Shown here: one piece after another, positions 16,974 to 24,843 of the stretch
How positions within the stretch are numbered: the first letter of the stretch is position 1
Layout: every line of letters starts with the position of its first letter
From: Bacteroidales bacterium
Lineage (GTDB): Bacteria > Bacteroidota > Bacteroidia > Bacteroidales > WCHB1-69
Direction: 5' to 3'
Assembly: GCA_017525505.1 (NCBI GenBank)
Contig: JAFXSR010000046.1
Coordinates: 1,520 to 65,519 of the forward strand
Length of the DNA: 64,000 nucleotides
Made by a program: the position numbers and the translations under genes
Notes under the pieces: model-generated
The model's input: the letters and a program-made list of their open reading frames with translations, nothing else
Told to the model about the DNA's origin: nothing
Database searches by the model: none

Positions 16974-17929
16974 ATTTGTTCATTTTTTAGTTTTTCCACC
17001 AATTCATCGCTGATGTTATTGCCTAATTGCTGGCAAACATCCTGACTCCAGCGTTGGGCCATCTTAATAAATTGACAGTTTATAGTTGACAGTTGACAGT
17101 TATTTTTGGCGAACGTTGAATCTTCCGTTTTCAATTTACCATTTTCAATGGCAAGCTTCGCATAGATATAGCCTGCGTTGAAGTTGTCACCAGCCCCTAC
17201 CGTACTGACAGTTTCTATCGGCTGCACAGGATAAGTCTCGCAGCTCTCAGGCGTATAGACCCGTATCTGGCGCGCTCCGTCAGTCAGTATCAGCGTCTGG
17301 CAATAGCGGCTCACCCGCTCATAAATGGCATCGCCGTCGTGCAAGCCGAGAAGGTACCCAAAGTCCTCCATAGAACCACGAACCACATCAGCCAGCCGCA
17401 TGTTCTCTTCAATATTGGGCATCACGTCGGGCAGGTCGGCGATATGGTTTTTACGGAAGTTGACGTCGTAATAAAGCCAGGCACCCGCCTCGTGTGCCTT
17501 ACGAAGCAAGCCACCCACCACGGAGCGTATCACAGGGTTGATAGCGAAGAACGACCCGAACAGCACCACATCATTTTTGCTAAAAGTCGGCAGAGGGCCA
17601 TCGAGCGATACTGACGCATGGTCCTTGTAAAAGACATATTGCGCATCGTTATGCTCGTTGAGGAAAGCCAACGTGATGTGTGACTTGACATTTTCGTGGC
17701 GGCAGACGTATTCCGACGACACTCCATTCTCCTGCAGGTAATTGCAAATCAGATCTCCCACGTGGTCGCCACCTACATCTGTCACCATGACACAGTTCAT
17801 GCCTGCCCGTCCCAGCGAGACGATGCTGTTGAACGTCGAGCCCCCCGGCACAGCCTTCAGCGGCTGATCGTCCTTAAAGAGGATGTCCAATACAGTTTCT
17901 CCGATACCGATGATGCGATTTTTAGTCAT
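16970..17929 (-). CDS. PfkB-family carbohydrate kinase (fructokinase)
   Basis: IIGIGETVLDILFKDDQPLKAVPGGSTFNSIVSLGRAG...LAFLNEHNDAQYVFYKD...VSTVGAGDNFNAGYIY closely follows Bacteroides fructokinase. The C-terminal region contains a heptamer tract (NNCQLSTINCQFI). Confidence 0.8.
   Translation of the reverse strand: MTKNRIIGIGETVLDILFKDDQPLKAVPGGSTFNSIVSLGRAGMNCVMVTDVGGDHVGDLICNYLQENGVSSEYVCRHENVKSHITLAFLNEHNDAQYVFYKDHASVSLDGPLPTFSKNDVVLFGSFFAINPVIRSVVGGLLRKAHEAGAWLYYDVNFRKNHIADLPDVMPNIEENMRLADVVRGSMEDFGYLLGLHDGDAIYERVSRYCQTLILTDGARQIRVYTPESCETYPVQPIETVSTVGAGDNFNAGYIYAKLAIENGKLKTEDSTFAKNNCQLSTINCQFIKMAQRWSQDVCQQLGNNISDELVEKLKNEQI
17068..17104. repeat. Heptamer tract inside the fructokinase CDS
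   Basis: The units are attgaca/gtttata/gttgaca/gttgaca/gttattt. The same GTTGACA vocabulary occurs at 13144 and 14232. Confidence 0.75.
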
Positions 17930-17956
17930 TTTTTAACCGACACTTTTACAGTATGT

Positions 17957-19153
17957 TTATTTCCCCTTGCTTAAAAATCTGCAAAACTCCACCAAACTGC
18001 GCTGAATGACACCGCCCACCTGTAGTTGTTCTTTATAGAGAGCCACCATCGTGGGTGACATGCTACGATTCAGTGCATAGCGAACCACCTCCATATCAGC
18101 ATCTTTGCAAAGAATAATACCGATGCTCGGGTTCTCGTTCGAGCGACGTTCTTCCTGATCCAATGCCTCCAGATAAAACTCCAGCTGCCCCAAATCCTTG
18201 GGTTGGAACTCATCGGTCTTCAACTCGATGGCCACCATACATTGCAATAGTCTGTGATAGAACAGCAAATCAACCTTGAACGTCTTGCTGCCCACAGTAA
18301 TGCGATGCTCTTCATCGATAAACAGAAAGTCTTTGCCCATCTCCATGATGAAGTCTTTCATGTGGGCAATAATTTCCCTCCGCAGTTTCGATTCTTTGTA
18401 CTTCACTGGCAGGCCAAACATCTCCAGATAGACAGTATCTTTGAACAATACGCCACTTTGCGGATATTCGCGTTTCATCATTTCCGACTGCACATCCTTG
18501 CTGCCAAGCAGAGAAGTCATGGTATTAGTCTTAATTGCCCTTACAAGCTCCTTGTTCTCCAACTGCTCTTTTCCAGCATAAAGCATATAAAACAGGCGTT
18601 CCGAATCGGTTTTGCATCTGTTCATAATAATCTGATGGTTTGTCCAACCTGTGGAGAACAGCACCCTAGGAATTTGTGCCATTTCGAATGGCACAATTAC
18701 ATCGTTTCCTATTTGTGCCATTTCGAATGGCACAATTGTCCTCTTCTCATCAGGTAGCTCTCGCTGATCAGATTTTGACGGATAGTGTTGCATGCCATAA
18801 TGATTAACCATCTCGTTGAAACTCTTCGATGAATAGGTTTCATAGAACTGCACCATCTTATAGATTGTACGATAACTCCATCCCTTAGACTTGGGACTCC
18901 TAGTGTGAATATACTCTGCCAGCATACGCACAACGCCGTCACCCCAAATGGCTTTTTTCAATCTGTCGGAAACGTATGCACCCACTTCCCAAAGCATGCG
19001 GAGCGATTCGTTATGCACGGCATACATCGCCCGTTTCTTGTGGACGAAGATAATGCCGCATATTGTATCGAACTCCTTCTTGTATGCCAAAGGATTATTG
19101 CCCGTCTCAACAACTGTTGGCATATTGCCACTATCTATTTTTTTCTTTGCCAT
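17957..19153 (-). CDS. DUF1016 / YhcG-family PD-(D/E)XK nuclease-domain protein
   Basis: Start set at MAKKKIDSG, 37 nt downstream of a TATCTTTG box. The C-terminal VDLLFYHRLLQCMVAIELKTDEFQPKDLGQLEFYLEAL is the PDDEXK core of the YhcG family. Confidence 0.7.
   Translation of the reverse strand: MAKKKIDSGNMPTVVETGNNPLAYKKEFDTICGIIFVHKKRAMYAVHNESLRMLWEVGAYVSDRLKKAIWGDGVVRMLAEYIHTRSPKSKGWSYRTIYKMVQFYETYSSKSFNEMVNHYGMQHYPSKSDQRELPDEKRTIVPFEMAQIGNDVIVPFEMAQIPRVLFSTGWTNHQIIMNRCKTDSERLFYMLYAGKEQLENKELVRAIKTNTMTSLLGSKDVQSEMMKREYPQSGVLFKDTVYLEMFGLPVKYKESKLRREIIAHMKDFIMEMGKDFLFIDEEHRITVGSKTFKVDLLFYHRLLQCMVAIELKTDEFQPKDLGQLEFYLEALDQEERRSNENPSIGIILCKDADMEVVRYALNRSMSPTMVALYKEQLQVGGVIQRSLVEFCRFLSKGK
18672..18749. 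repeat. 39-bp tandem duplication carrying a 10-bp-stem hairpin, inside the DUF1016 gene
   Basis: atttgtgccatttcgaatggcacaatt occurs twice, 39 bp (13 codons) apart, giving IVPFEMAQI twice. Each copy contains ttgtgccatt-tcg-aatggcacaa. Confidence 0.85.
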
Positions 19154-19189
19154 ATTTCTATATCTTTTTGTTTCCTCAAAAATATTTTG

Positions 19190-19197
19190 CAAAGATA
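19190..19197 (-). promoter_or_regulatory. Bacteroidota -7 promoter box (TATCTTTG) for the DUF1016 operon
   Basis: The reverse complement of caaagata lies 37 nt upstream of the ATG at 19153. Confidence 0.5.
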
Positions 19198-19293
19198 CAA
19201 AGAAAAACAAGAACACCCATGAATCCTGTGAATTATGTTTGGAGAATAATAGCGTAATAAAGTGTGTATAGAAACGCATTATGTTTTTTTTAG

Positions 19294-19301
19294 TATTTTT
19301 G
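19294..19301 (+). promoter_or_regulatory. Bacteroidota -7 promoter box (TATTTTTG) for the acidic-protein gene
   Basis: tatttttg lies 60 nt upstream of the ATG at 19361. Confidence 0.45.
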
Positions 19302-19360
19302 CAAAGTAATCATCTCTGTGTGGATAAACAGGTGATAATAAAATAATAAATGCAAGCCCT

Positions 19361-19741
19361 ATGACACGTGATCAATTAAGAAAAATCATTAATGAGTACA
19401 AAAGACGTGCCGCTGATGGACATAGGTGTGGAATTGATTTATATGAAAGAAACAGACTTATTAAGGTAGTGCATGAATTAGAAGATAATTTTGACTTCTA
19501 CTTGGACTTTGAAGAAGACCCTGAGGAACTTGATTGTTTTTTAGATATTTATATAGAAAAGGAGAAACCCCGATACAGGTGGGGACATCTGTCAAATCCA
19601 CCAGAAGAAGATTTAGATTTTGACGATGAAATAGACCTTTGGGATTGGGATTCTATAGAAGAAGAGAAAGAATATTATATTGATGATGAGGGGAATGAGT
19701 ATAATAAGGAGGATGAGGATTCAGAAGACGAAGACCTTTAG
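19361..19741 (+). CDS. Highly acidic hypothetical protein
   Basis: 126 aa. The C-terminal two thirds are dominated by D/E (…EEDLDFDDEIDLWDWDSIEEEKEYYIDDEGNEYNKEDEDSEDEDL). It has its own promoter box and is AT-rich. Confidence 0.5.
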   Translation: MTRDQLRKIINEYKRRAADGHRCGIDLYERNRLIKVVHELEDNFDFYLDFEEDPEELDCFLDIYIEKEKPRYRWGHLSNPPEEDLDFDDEIDLWDWDSIEEEKEYYIDDEGNEYNKEDEDSEDEDL

Positions 19742-19943
19742 ACATCATACATAATTCCATTCTCCGCTGCTATCGGCATGTATTCCTCAACATGGATGTA
19801 AGTTGCCGAGCGGTGATAAAAAGTCTTCAGCTAATAGTCCAATAGTTGGATCTCCTCCTGGCGCATCGTACACTTCATCTCTGCCGATTTCAGCTGACAC
19901 ATCCAAAGCACAATTGCCAATAATACACGAAGCAAGGACAATG
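19738..19943 (-). pseudogene. vsr 3' remnant (second, decayed copy)
   Basis: The minus-strand frame reads LAIVLWMCQLKSAEMKCTMRQEEIQLLDY*LKTFYHRSATYIHVEEYMPIAAENGIMYDV*. It aligns with the C-terminus of the intact Vsr (VIVLWECQLKPKQLEQTMLRVEVQLHDYYLATFNPKDKSYIHVEEELPMAAEDMAEYNV*). There is an in-frame TAG at 19831-19833 and no 5' half. Confidence 0.65.
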
Positions 19944-20193
19944 CTATTTAAGTTTTTCCAACGCGCGACAAAGCTGGTCAGGACAGGATGTATCCATGCT
20001 GCCGCAGCGAATACCGTTGAGTTTTTTTGATGACGTAATCTATTTTCTGTCCAACGACCAGTCTACAGATGCCTTGAAGGTTTCCGTCGCATCCGCCCAT
20101 ATAGAAAACCTGCTGTACAATGCCATCGTCATCGACGGTCACATCAATGAACTGCGAGCAGGTGGGCTGGGGTTTGGAGGGGGTGTGGGGCAT
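19944..20193 (-). pseudogene. TSCPD-domain paralogue with a frameshift in a homopolymer
   Basis: The N-terminal 50 codons parallel 16722-16973 (TCSQFIDVTVDDDGIVQQVFYMGGCDGNLQGICRLVVGQKIDYVIKK). After the A7 run (T7 on the plus strand, 20022-20028) the conserved LNGIRCGSMDTSCPDQLCRALEKLK* continues in another frame. Confidence 0.6.
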
Positions 20194-20233
20194 AGGGGCA
20201 TAGGTCAGGGTGTGTTTACACTGATCAACAATA

Positions 20234-21340
20234 TTATCGTAATCTAATTTGTAGGTTTAATTTAAACATCAAATCTCCATTTAGATCTTTATAAACCATT
20301 GCATATTTATGCCTTGTGGTACTGGCACGTTCGAGATACGCATTTGTAAACAAATAATCTTCAAATCTATTGCGGTCATAAAAATGATAACAAACAATAT
20401 CGCCGTCATTCTTCACAACAAGATAACCTCCATTTGCATCATATCGGCCTGTCCATAGTGTGGCAGGCATCATTCCAAGCGCAGCTGAGGTAAGAAGATG
20501 CTTGGCTTTGTATGTGTAAATCTCAAGTAGGTTGTTGCCTCTAAATCTCAAAGGATTTGTTTCTGACATTGTCTCAATTAATTGGGGAAAGGCTGAAATT
20601 CCTTCATCTAATTGAACTATTAGCATTGATGCAACCAAATGCGCCATGTCTCCATCCAACATTCGTATATTACGTTCAAAAACATCATTGTCAATATGAC
20701 TGTACTGGAGTCTACCACCTTTCCTCAATATGGCGTTGTATCTTTCAATAACCTTATTGCGAGACGGATTGATTTCATTAATGCTCTCAATTTCTTCATT
20801 GGTAAGATTCACACCAACTATTTTAAAGGTGAAATTTGTTGCTTCACTTGCATTTAACAATGTAGAGTTTCCGCCAAGTTGGGATTTTATACTAAAACCC
20901 ATTTCAGAGTTGAGACGAGTACGTTTATCATGCAGAACTATTCTTATATCAGTTTTATCGGAGGATCTTGCCTTGAGTGAATAACAATAAATGGAGTGCA
21001 TAAACTCTTCAATTAATGGCACAGAAAAAGCCCCGTCGTTTTCTTTTATCTTTTTCAACAGCATTTCTGATTGACTCAAAAACACATCGGCGGGAGTCCT
21101 TAAAAGTTCCTCTCCGCTTGCTTTGAAAATAACAATCTCGCTGCCTATTGGCGAATATTTGTATTTTTCTTCTCTTTCCTGTCGAATAATGGAAACAATA
21201 GGGTAAACTAAATCCAATATCCTATTTAGATTTTGGTCACCTGCATAGACTTCTCCTTCTCCTAATAGCTTCAATAAAGTGTATATCTCACTCCATTCTC
21301 CTTTATTTCCTGTTATTGCCATATTGTTTTGGTTTATCAA
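20234..21340 (-). CDS. Type II restriction endonuclease, HpaII family
   Basis: The N-terminal TGNKGEWSEIYTLLKLLGEGEVYAGD is the signature I associate with the RE_HpaII family. It overlaps the 3' end of the upstream C5-MTase gene and is AT-rich. The start may be 21322 (MAITGNK). Confidence 0.7.
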   Translation of the reverse strand: MINQNNMAITGNKGEWSEIYTLLKLLGEGEVYAGDQNLNRILDLVYPIVSIIRQEREEKYKYSPIGSEIVIFKASGEELLRTPADVFLSQSEMLLKKIKENDGAFSVPLIEEFMHSIYCYSLKARSSDKTDIRIVLHDKRTRLNSEMGFSIKSQLGGNSTLLNASEATNFTFKIVGVNLTNEEIESINEINPSRNKVIERYNAILRKGGRLQYSHIDNDVFERNIRMLDGDMAHLVASMLIVQLDEGISAFPQLIETMSETNPLRFRGNNLLEIYTYKAKHLLTSAALGMMPATLWTGRYDANGGYLVVKNDGDIVCYHFYDRNRFEDYLFTNAYLERASTTRHKYAMVYKDLNGDLMFKLNLQIRLR

Positions 21341-22544
21341 GTTTTATTCTTTTAATGATTTGTTCAGCTGTAGCCTGAATAGCAGGAACAGCAACAGAAT
21401 TACCAAATTGCTTGTATGCAGAAGCATCAGCAACGGGTATTATAAACGAGTCAGGGAACCCTTGCAGCCTTGCCCATTCTCTCGGTGTCATTCTCCGCCA
21501 GCCATCGTGGTTGATTTCCCCTTTTATGTTAGTCACGGGTGTAAAATTAGTCAAACGATTGTCTATCACTATGTTGCGCTCACGCCCCATCCCTCCAACA
21601 ACAATAGCATTTGCTACTCCGTCATCTGAGATAATCTCATAACCGAATCCGTTGCCCTTGCTTTCGTGACGCTTTTTGTGCTCGATTAATGTTTGCTGGT
21701 ATTGAGTTGAAAGATAATACTTAGGAGAGACCTCTCTGTCTTCCCTTATATCAATGAATCGTTTGGTTTTATCTGTAGGTTCAGGATATTTAAAACTCCT
21801 TACCTTCATATCTTTACGGAAACCAACAATATAAATTCTTTCTCTATGTTGTGGAACTCCAAAGTTCATAGCATTGACAATCTCAGGATCGGGTACATAA
21901 TAATCCAAATCGTTTCGTAGCACATTCAGGATTGTGTCAAGGGTTTTTCCTTTATCATGAATCATCAAACCTTTTACGTTTTCTAAAAAGAATGCTTTGG
22001 GACGTTTTCTGCGCAATATTTCTGCCACATCGAAGAATAACGTACCTCGGGTCTCTTCAAAACCACGGCGTTTACCAGCAAGAGAGAAAGCTTGGCAAGG
22101 GAATCCTGCACACAGTATGTCAAAACCATCTGGGATATATTGTTTTGTGGATTCTTTGGTTATATCTCCAAAAGGTACTTCTCCGTAATTGGCTAAATAT
22201 GTTTTTTGAGCTTGTGCATCCCATTCCGAAGAATAAATACATTTTCCTCCCAGATTTTGCATAGCAATACGAAATCCTCCTATACCAGCAAATAAATCAA
22301 TAAATGTGAATTTAGGATTTTCTGGAGCTCGAAATGGTACAGAAAGCAACTCTGGAAATAGGTTATATTGAATGTCAGGCTCTGCTACAACATTCCGTTG
22401 CTCTTTATAATTATCATTATTTAGCAAAAACAAAGCATCTTTCTCAAAAGAAAGAGCATATTTACTATGTTTATTTTGAAGATAATGCGTAACTATTGCA
22501 GAATCATCATTCAGTGAAATATTAAATTTATTTCGCATGATCAA
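21303..22544 (-). CDS. DNA (cytosine-5)-methyltransferase
   Basis: The motifs are: I FIDLFAGIGGF, IV GFPCQAFS, VI ENVKGL, VIII QHRERIYIVGF, and IX-X REWARLQGFPDSF...GNSVAVP. Confidence 0.9.
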   Translation of the reverse strand: MIMRNKFNISLNDDSAIVTHYLQNKHSKYALSFEKDALFLLNNDNYKEQRNVVAEPDIQYNLFPELLSVPFRAPENPKFTFIDLFAGIGGFRIAMQNLGGKCIYSSEWDAQAQKTYLANYGEVPFGDITKESTKQYIPDGFDILCAGFPCQAFSLAGKRRGFEETRGTLFFDVAEILRRKRPKAFFLENVKGLMIHDKGKTLDTILNVLRNDLDYYVPDPEIVNAMNFGVPQHRERIYIVGFRKDMKVRSFKYPEPTDKTKRFIDIREDREVSPKYYLSTQYQQTLIEHKKRHESKGNGFGYEIISDDGVANAIVVGGMGRERNIVIDNRLTNFTPVTNIKGEINHDGWRRMTPREWARLQGFPDSFIIPVADASAYKQFGNSVAVPAIQATAEQIIKRIKLDKPKQYGNNRK

Positions 22545-22561
22545 AAAAATCTAATTTTTAA

Positions 22562-22858
22562 TTATTCATACCTTACAACACTTTCCATCAACGCATTAAT
22601 AGCATTAGAGCACTCGGGAGATATTTTCATTTCGGGAATAAAAATCTTTTCAATCGGGTAATCCAAGTGCTTGCAGATTAAATCGATTTGCTTAAGGGTG
22701 TATTTGTGGGAATAGCGAGGGTTTTCTATATTGCCAACCTGTCCTCGAGAAATATTCAGCATTTCACTCAACCTTGCTTGACTAATATTCCTCTCTTCAC
22801 GTAATTTCTTTATTCTTTGTATTATCGCATCTTGATAATCAACAGATTCTGTTTTCAT
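22562..22858 (-). CDS. XRE-family HTH protein, probable R-M controller (C protein)
   Basis: 98 aa. The HTH reads IKKLREERNISQARLSEMLNISRGQVGNIE. It lies immediately upstream of, and co-directional with, the MTase/REase genes. Confidence 0.7.
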   Translation of the reverse strand: MKTESVDYQDAIIQRIKKLREERNISQARLSEMLNISRGQVGNIENPRYSHKYTLKQIDLICKHLDYPIEKIFIPEMKISPECSNAINALMESVVRYE

Positions 22859-22866
22859 CTTTTATT

Positions 22867-22912
22867 CTCATTTTGAGTACAAAAATACACATGATTACGT
22901 TCTCAAAATGAG
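22867..22912 (-). promoter_or_regulatory. Candidate controller operator (inverted repeat) plus -7 box upstream of the HTH gene
   Basis: ctcattttgag (22867-22877) and ctcaaaatgag (22902-22912) are reverse complements separated by 24 bp. A TATTTTTG box lies between them on the minus strand. Confidence 0.4.
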
Positions 22913-23053
22913 TGTGTTTTAATAAATGAGAGCAATGAAAACAAATACAAAATAATCTCGTCTAGACACTTCTAACGAGAAAAAAAGAAGTAATTAAGAT
23001 AATACTATCCCTTGTATTGGGCTTTGTAAATCATAAGAGGTATTACCATACAA

Positions 23054-23590
23054 CTACACAAAAAGCTCCTTCACCCCCTCCTCTACCCTCTTATATTCTT
23101 CCAGCAGATTGTATATTCCGTCCTCGCTGAGGACACCGTGCTTGAGGTCGGAAGGGAGAAGGCCCGCTTCGTCGGCTTCAAAGTCAGTGCGCCAGGCGAG
23201 AGAGGTATAGTAGGCTTCGAGGGTGGAGAAGGAAGAGGTAAGGTCTTTATAGTCGAAAAAGACCATAAGGTCAGGGTTAATGCTTGACTTGTTTTCTAAG
23301 GCTTGGCGAAGCTGACGGACCGCCGCTTCGCATTGAGAGAAGAGGGTTTCCATCTGGGCGATGCGCACTATTTGTTCGGCTAATTCTACCCGATCCGCTT
23401 GTCCTAACTTCAACATCTGCTCAGATTCTATAGCCTGCTTATACTTTGCCGTCCACCTGGGTTTCGCAGCTTGCATGGGCTTCGCCGTCTGTCTGGATTT
23501 CACGGTTCTCGCAAGTTTCGCTATCTGCTTAGACTTCAATGTCCGCACGGGCTGTATGGATCGTTTGTTCTTCTTGGCTTTCATAATCAT
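23054..23590 (-). CDS. DUF4298-like protein with basic repetitive N-terminus
   Basis: The C-terminal LEAYYTSLAWRTDFEADEAGLLPSDLKHGVLSEDGIYNLLEEY resembles the DUF4298 family. The N-terminus has K/A/Q-rich repeats. Confidence 0.45.
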   Translation of the reverse strand: MIMKAKKNKRSIQPVRTLKSKQIAKLARTVKSRQTAKPMQAAKPRWTAKYKQAIESEQMLKLGQADRVELAEQIVRIAQMETLFSQCEAAVRQLRQALENKSSINPDLMVFFDYKDLTSSFSTLEAYYTSLAWRTDFEADEAGLLPSDLKHGVLSEDGIYNLLEEYKRVEEGVKELFV

Positions 23591-24843
23591 TTTCTTCGGC
23601 TTAAGAGGCGCCCTATTCTGTTTTTGCCATTCAGCTCCGCCACCGCCAAAATGCCAAAAGCGATGGCTATGGTGACTTTCAACGCCACAAAGCCCGTCTG
23701 CATAGCAGCGGAAGCTTGCTCAGAGACAAGGTTATAGGTGGTCCAGAAGATACCCGCACCCGGCACCAAGGGAAAGATGCCGCAGATGAGGAATACCGTG
23801 ACGGGACATTTGCGCACCATGGACTGTGACAAAGCTGTGAAAGCGACCAAAGCCGTAGCAAAAAACACCACTCCCACTATCGACAAGGTCGTATAGCGCA
23901 CCAACAGCAGATATAGCAGCCAGCCCATCATACCGCAAAAACCACAGTCCGCATAGTACCTGCGGGGCACACCGAAAAGCACCGCAAAGGCCATGGTGCC
24001 CACAAAAGCCGCCACCAACTGCACCAACAGTCCTGCTGTTTCGGGCGCAGCGGTCAAAGGTTCCAACGGCTGCATCCGTCCAGTTATCGCCGCATCAAAA
24101 ATGAAGGCAAAAGCCACCCCCAACGCAATGCAAAAGAAAACCAGCAAGGCATCCAACAGTCGTGTGACACCCGCAATGTAGTCCTCGTTGGCCAAGTCGC
24201 GAATACCGTTGGTGAACGGCACTCCGGGAATCAAGGGAATGATGGCACCGATGATCATGTTGTTCAGATGGGCACCCATGCCCATTTTATACATCACCCC
24301 GCAAAGCACTGTGGCCAGAAACGCACCAGTGAGATTACCTGTAATGCGAGACAAGTGAGGATAAGCGACAAACAGCATGTAAACCCACAACAGCAAACCT
24401 GCCACCAAGGCGACCAGGCAGTCCATAAAGCCACCGCCAAAAACGATGCAGAAACCCGCACTGCCCAAAGCTGATGCCACAATCTGCTCCACAGCAGGCT
24501 TCGGACGCATGGCGCGGATTTCCTTCAGCCTTTGTTCCAAATGCTCCATATCGCACTTTCCCTCCGCTACCTCGCGTGACAACTGGTTCACTGCCACCAC
24601 TTTATCAAGACTTGTGCCTTTGATGGGGATGAACTTGGAGCGGGCATAATTCTTGCCAGTGGCCATGATGCCGTTGCTAAGCACGAAGAAGCTTTCGTCC
24701 TCCACACCGAAATGGCCTGCAATGCGCTGCATGGTTTCCTCCACTCGCGAGATTTCAGCCCCGTTCTCCAGAAGAATTGAGCCGGCCTCGTAAGCCAAAT
24801 CCATTGCTTTGCTGCTATCGTCCATTAAATTATCACACATCAA
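23587..24843 (-). CDS. Threonine/serine exporter family protein (ThrE; fused YjjP-YjjB type)
   Basis: 418 aa. The N-terminus reads AMDLAYEAGSILLENGAEISRVEETMQRIAGHFG and is followed by about 10 TM helices. Confidence 0.75.
   Translation of the reverse strand: MMCDNLMDDSSKAMDLAYEAGSILLENGAEISRVEETMQRIAGHFGVEDESFFVLSNGIMATGKNYARSKFIPIKGTSLDKVVAVNQLSREVAEGKCDMEHLEQRLKEIRAMRPKPAVEQIVASALGSAGFCIVFGGGFMDCLVALVAGLLLWVYMLFVAYPHLSRITGNLTGAFLATVLCGVMYKMGMGAHLNNMIIGAIIPLIPGVPFTNGIRDLANEDYIAGVTRLLDALLVFFCIALGVAFAFIFDAAITGRMQPLEPLTAAPETAGLLVQLVAAFVGTMAFAVLFGVPRRYYADCGFCGMMGWLLYLLLVRYTTLSIVGVVFFATALVAFTALSQSMVRKCPVTVFLICGIFPLVPGAGIFWTTYNLVSEQASAAMQTGFVALKVTIAIAFGILAVAELNGKNRIGRLLSRRK

Noticed and set aside
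23360-23560. Repetitive K/A/Q-rich coding repeats at the 5' end of the DUF4298-like gene
   Set aside because: This is a low-complexity basic N-terminal region. The imperfect repeats lack the shared word vocabulary of the intergenic arrays and seem to be ordinary coding low complexity.
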